A DNA stretch of 64,000 bases from the human T2T-CHM13v2.0 reference genome, Homo sapiens. This document shows positions 58,381-64,000 of the stretch, one piece after another. A program made the translations under genes and the position numbers. Where the stretch lies: NCBI RefSeq assembly GCF_009914755.1, contig NC_060929.1. The stretch is one strand, 5' to 3'. The notes beneath the pieces are model-generated. The model worked only from the letters and a program-made list of their open reading frames with translations. It did not search any database and had not been told where the DNA came from. The stretch's first letter is position 1; the number at the start of each line of letters is the position of its first letter.

Positions 58381-59536
58381 GTGACTGGTTGGGGGCTGGA
58401 ACCTCCACAGCTAGAAGCTGGATTTCTATTTTTTAAGATTCCTTGTGAGCTAAAGTGTTGGAAGGGAGAGAAGAGAGTGATTTGTCAAGCAAAGAGCAAA
58501 TGAACATATTGCATTTAAGAGAGTAATCATTTCAGTCACTGCTTTGAGATTTTGAGACTTAATTCCCAGTTTTTGTCAATCTGCTACTAAAGAGAAAGGA
58601 AAATGATATGTTGTGGTTCTAACAACTTTTGTTATTCAAAGGGATTGCAATTAAGCTTCTTAACCACACCTGGATCTATCAAAGACTATCATTTCTTCCT
58701 AATATGACAATAATGAGCAAGACGAATGTGGGGAAGGTGTGTTTTAAGGATGCTAGCACTCGGGAGTATTTCAGATCACAAAGTGGGCGCTTAACGGATC
58801 ACATCTGAAGTTTGAGTGTCTTCAGTATCAAGAATTTTTTAGAGTATCAGTGCCGAGTTTGAGTTTAGCTCTTGCAGAGCACAGTACGCTACCAAAAACT
58901 ACACAAATTAATGTCGACTGGAATAGAGTTAAAACCTAGAAACTGTGAGACAAGAAACATGGACTTTTATAGCACTGCAGCAAGTGCCTCTGCAAAATAT
59001 AGCACATCACTAGAAGATTAGCTATTCAACTAAAATTACCTAAAAGATCTTTGGCAAATAAATGTAGAATCCAATCATATTTATTAAAAAGCCAGAAGTG
59101 ACATTCAGGGAAATATAATACATCTTGTATTTTTGCATATGTGCTTTGCTTTACATAATAGTTGTGTCTTCTAAAAGCTGAATAATCATAATTTTTATAA
59201 ATTTAATTATATTGAAATTGGTGAGGGGAATTTGTTAGAGAAACCTACATGTGAATTCACTAAAGAACGTTACATTTAAAAAACCATTAACTGCTGTTCT
59301 ACCTTAATATATTTTTTACGCAAACCTGATTTTTTTGTATTTTTAATTTGATGATTCAGCAAAGTTTTATACATTAAAAAATAATTTCCATTTTATTTAA
59401 TTTTGCTCAGTTAAGCAAGGTAATTAATAAGGTATACTTCAAATCTAGCATAGAAGATAATTTTTTAAATAAAATAAATCTATGACCCTGGTAGGTATTA
59501 TTTTGCTTTGGTTGTAAGTGATATGATGTTGAATTA

Positions 59537-59654
59537 AGAAGTAAACTTCAGGCAGCTATCATGAAGAAAGATAAATAGAACTAAACTACAGGCAGCTATC
59601 ATGAAGAAAGATAAATAGAACTAAACTACAGGCAGCTATCATGAAGAAAGATAA
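59537..59654. repeat. 40-bp tandem repeat, ~3 copies
   Basis: GGCAGCTATCATGAAGAAAGATAAATAGAACTAAACTACA begins at 59551 and 59591, with a partial copy at 59631. Confidence 0.93.
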
Positions 59655-61289
59655 GTCAAATGTAAAGTCGAGATTTAATATAGTTGAGCTTAACAAAGTG
59701 TACCAAGTTTACCAGGTACTGCGTTTGGTGGCTGGCAATACAAATTTGTATAAGTCATAGTCCCTACTCTTAAGGAGCTAATATTATTGCTAGTGGATAA
59801 GACTGGTAAGTTATCAGTAACACAAGTATAGGATGGCAAATTTGGGATATAGCCCTGTGACAGAGTTCTGTAGACATCAATGAGCATGTGTCAGTGATAA
59901 ATATTCTTGCAGTGCTAATGAGTGTTAAGATTTGCCTTGCTGTTTTAGTGTTTATAAAATACAGTTCTCATTAGTCTTCCTAATGGTAGATTATTTATAT
60001 AGGTAGAAGAAAATAATTTTTTTTAATTTGTATGCCCTAGGGCTTGTTTTGATAGATTAAAAATCTCTGAGTAGAAGGTACATAAGAAACTTAGTGGTTG
60101 TTACGCCAATCTTCAGCATAAACACCTTCTATGATATCCATATTAAGTTTCAATTCATTCTTATATTCCTGCAGTCAACATAAGATTGCCATCATACCAT
60201 CAGTGTGCAAACTTAAACAGCAGTGTTTTTTTTTTTTCATTTTAATGAAAAAGATTTCAAACCCATAAGACTCAAAAACTTTTACAGGTTTGAGGTCTCA
60301 GGCTTTTCATACTTAACTTCCAGAAAATGATTTGAATGTTCTATTCCTTTATTCTAGAATTTACAAAAGCAGTAAATACAAATATTTTATAACAAGTGCT
60401 TCCCTCTTTAGAAATCTGTCCTGACGCATATTTTGTCTCAGTCCATTCAGTGTATTTTGATGAACATTGATGACATTGAGAGAGTCCTAAAGAGTCACCA
60501 TTTTGTTTTAGGACCTTGTTTTGAACACCAGTAACCAACTAGTGGTGTTTCACCTCATTAAACACAGTTTTGAGGGCCCTGCTGTCATGGAAAGACAAAG
60601 TTGGTACAAATGGACAGAAGTTGCTAAGATAATATGACTTGGCTAACAGGAAGCAGAGTCAGGGATAAGGTATCAAATAGAAAGATTTACCTGGGAACGG
60701 GCTTTGAAGTCATATCAGGACTTAAGAACATCTCCCTCACTATTAAACTCCTGGAATGGAACGTAATAAATTCTGCCAGTTACATACAGAATTTATTCAC
60801 CACTTCTGGGATACCCAAGAGTACATACTGTGGGAGTTCAGGATATTATTGAGTTTTCTTTAGAAATGATTAAGCAAAGTAATTGGAAAGAAATATTTCT
60901 AAAAGGTGAGAGCAGTCTGTTTTCTAAAACAGGACAGAAGAAGTAATTATTTTAAGACTTAAATAGTCTAGGAATGAAATAATCTTAATTCCCTTTTCAC
61001 TTCTCATTCAGTCCTTTTGATTAAGCCAAAAAGCAAAGTGTCCATCTGGATATAACGTGACTTCAAACACATAATCTTACTGATACCCCCTTGCTGTATG
61101 TTAAATACAGCAAGTGGCCCCAGGCCCATAGACTTTGGCAGGCAAAAATCTCCTGCTAGAATTTTTTGTTTGTTTGTTTTCTTAGTATTTATATTTATGG
61201 CAAGTAATACTGGTTTCAAACTCACAATAGTGATATAATATTTCCTTCTGCCTTTCTAACAGCATTTTGTTTAAGTGTTGCCTCCTTGA

Positions 61290-62350
61290 ATAACTAGAAC
61301 TAACAGACATCTAATAGAACACTACCCAACAATAGCAGAAAACATTCTTGTCAAGTACACATGAAACATTCTCCAGGATAGACCAAATGTTAGGCTATGA
61401 AACAAGTCTCAATAAGTTTTTTTTTTTTTTACCTTTTATTTTTATTTATTTATTTATTATACTTTAAGTTCTAGGGTACATGTGCACAACATGCAGATTT
61501 GTTACACATGTATACATGGGCCGTGTTGGTTTGCTGCACCCATTAACTCGTCATTTACATTAGGTATTTCTCCTAATGCTATCCCTTCCCCATCCCCCCA
61601 CCCCACAACAGGCCCCAGTGTGTGATGTTCCCCGCCTGTGTCCAAGTGTTCTTATTGTTCAATTCCCACCTATATGTGAGAACATGCGGTGTTTGGTTTT
61701 CTGTCCTTGTGATAGTTTGCTCAGAATGATGGTTTCCAGCTTCATCCATGCCGCTACAAAGGATATGAACTCATCCTTTTTTATGGAAGTCTTAATAAGT
61801 TTTAAAGGATCGAAATGCAAAGTTATGTCCTTCGATCATAATAGAATGCAATTAGAAATCAATAACAAAAGGAAATTTGGGATGTTCATAAATATGTAGA
61901 ATTACATGTCAAAATAAATCAACGTGTTAAGAAATCACAAGGAAAATTAGGAAATATTTATAGATGAACGAAAATGAAAATACAACATACCAACACTTAC
62001 AAGATGCAACTAAAGCAGCACTTAGAGGGAGATTTGTAGCTGTAAATGCCTCTATTAAAAGAGGAGGAGAGGAAAGTGGGAAGGAGAAAGACTTCAAATT
62101 AATAGCCTAATTTTCCACCCTAGAAAACTAGAAAAAGAAGAGCAGACTAAATCCAAAGCAAGCAGAAGGAAGGAAATAATAAAAATTAGAGTAAAAAGAA
62201 ATAAAATAAAAAATAGAAAAATAATAGAGGACGTCAATAAAACAGCATTTAGTTCTATGAAAATATTTTTAAAAAGTAATGAATGCCTAATTTAGGTAAA
62301 CTGACCAAAAAAAAAAAAAAAATAGAAGACCTACATTACTAAAATCAGAA
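61290..62350 (+). mobile_element. Old L1M ORF2 fragment, interrupted by a younger L1PA
   Basis: Diverged EN-linker sequence (ACATTCTCCAGGATAGACC; AATGAAAATACAACATACCAA; CTAGAAAAAGAAGAGCA). Confidence 0.8.
61421..61786 (-). mobile_element. 5'-truncated L1PA 3' end (~L1PA5-7)
   Basis: T-rich tail followed by L1 3'UTR; TSD AAGTCTYAATAAGTTTT at 61404 and 61787. Confidence 0.9.
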
Positions 62351-64000
62351 ATCAGAAATGTTGCCTCACATTTCTGTGTTCTGTGTAAATGCCAGTTTGC
62401 TTAAACCGTCTTGCCTAGTAAATGATCAATATGGTTGCTATTCCTTTCTTCTTTTAGCGGGAATGAAGCACATTGTTATTTGTGTGTTAGTGGTTTTTCG
62501 TTTTTAATCCTGGTAGGAAACATTTGGCATGCTCCAATTGCGAAATTTAAGGAAAGTCTGTAATTAAGGGATTATATATAAAAGGATGGTTGAGGGTAAG
62601 GGGTTCGTAAAGGAAAGTGCAGTACCCTGGGGTGTTTATTTAACAGCCAGGACACGGTTACCTCCCCAAAGCTGGGAAAGGGAAAGGAGTGGTTATAAGA
62701 ACTTGAGTTAGAAAGGACTGAGTACAAAGGACTGGCTTACTTTTGGGCTTTTTAAGGGACTCAGATGGCCAATGGCAACCCCATAGAGAGGGCCTCAAAC
62801 TCACTTTCCTTTCCTGATCTGCCACTGTCACCATCAGCCAGATCCAGCCAGAGGAGCAGGGAGCCAACTCATTCAGAACAACCTCCTCGGGCAAATACCT
62901 CAGGAGAATAGAATCTGCATGTGAATAGTTGGGAGTTCCATTATCCAAATGGAATAAGATGAAGAATGAGCAGATTACCTCATTGTCCTCCTTTTAGAAT
63001 AAATTTTTACCCTTGAGCAGTTAAATGATAGAATTCTAAAATAAAGAGAAACTAATCCTATTCTACTAATTTAAATGCTACCCTCAGTGAAGCCTCCCTT
63101 GGCTCCCTGCCAACCATACCTCTTTTCTCCTGGGCTAAAATCCCACAAGCTGCAAACTAGGAAGGCAGTTGAATGTTTGATTTGTCTGACAGAGTTATTG
63201 CGAGAATCTAAGAGAGCATTCTAATAGAAGGTAACAAGTATTGTCTGCTTAGTAAGTTTACATGCTTTATCTCATTTAATCTTCATGGTAACTCTATGAG
63301 GTAGTTACTATTATCCCTGCTATTTCACTGTTTCACAGATAAGAAAATTGAGTATCGGATAGGTAAAGTAATTTGTCCATGGTCTTGCAACTAAGTGGCA
63401 GATTAAGATTTAAAACCATATCAGAATCTGGGTTTTAATCACGAGGAGATACGTATCTGGGTTTATATATCATACTGCTCTATAAGTGGTAGGGAACATT
63501 TTCTACAGACATGTATGGACTATATTGTAGCTATTTACATGCCTTGATTGCTTTTTGAGAGAAGTTTAAGTTTCTAAAAATTATGAGGGTAAAAAATACT
63601 CATAAACGACTATAAGAAAATCCTACTCTTTTTTTTCTGCCTACTTTTACTTGATCCTAAAGGTCAAGAGGGTTGGTTTCCTTAAAAATGTAAAAGTTGA
63701 GGATATTTTACTTTCTGTATCCATAGTTATATTATTTGTATATAATAAAAGATAATTTCCCTTTTTAAAATTGTTTAATATTTTACTAATTAAGATATTT
63801 ACCTCATCCCTTAATGAAATTTTTAATTTCAAATATGAGTTTACTGATTTTTCATTAACAAATATGATTCTTTGGGGATTGGAAAACAGTTGTGCATCTT
63901 ATGAAGTTTAATTGAAGAATACTGATTAACTGACCATGCCGTGTGTTGGCTTAGTTTTGGAACAATTAGAATGCTCATATGATGCTGGTGGTGATATAAA

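Noticed and set aside
58381-58503. Open frame continuing past the ankyrin exon donor
   Set aside because: The intronic read-through does not match the known continuation (NGQLEC...); short open extensions are expected by chance.
59537-59654. CRISPR-like array
   Set aside because: The units are directly adjacent with no unique spacers, and the context is eukaryotic.

Overview
Primate (most likely human) genomic DNA inside SNCAIP (synphilin-1), + strand. The window holds the 3' part of the large first intron, four canonical coding exons (aa 1-394) and a 141-nt cassette exon. Nested in intron 1, in the same orientation, is an intronless 7-TM chemoreceptor pseudogene (6361-7330). It has only two visible lesions (one frameshift, one nonsense codon) and matches what I recall as ancV1R, the ancient vomeronasal type-1 receptor reported in SNCAIP intron 1. 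Homeodomain and O/E(Ebf)-like motifs lie just upstream of it. A full-length, coding-dead L1PA2/L1PA3-type element (10393-16412, - strand) keeps an intact ORF0, and its antisense promoter region points into SNCAIP. The first coding exon carries a uORF whose stop overlaps the main ATG (TAATG) and an out-of-frame ATG for synphilin-1A, making these exons dual-coding. The rest is ordinary intronic repeat sequence (Alu, L1, L2, MIR, MER, MaLR LTRs), plus a 40-bp tandem repeat and an old ~180-bp local duplication. Identifications rest on manual translation and recalled sequences; no searches were run, and repeat boundaries without TSDs are approximate.
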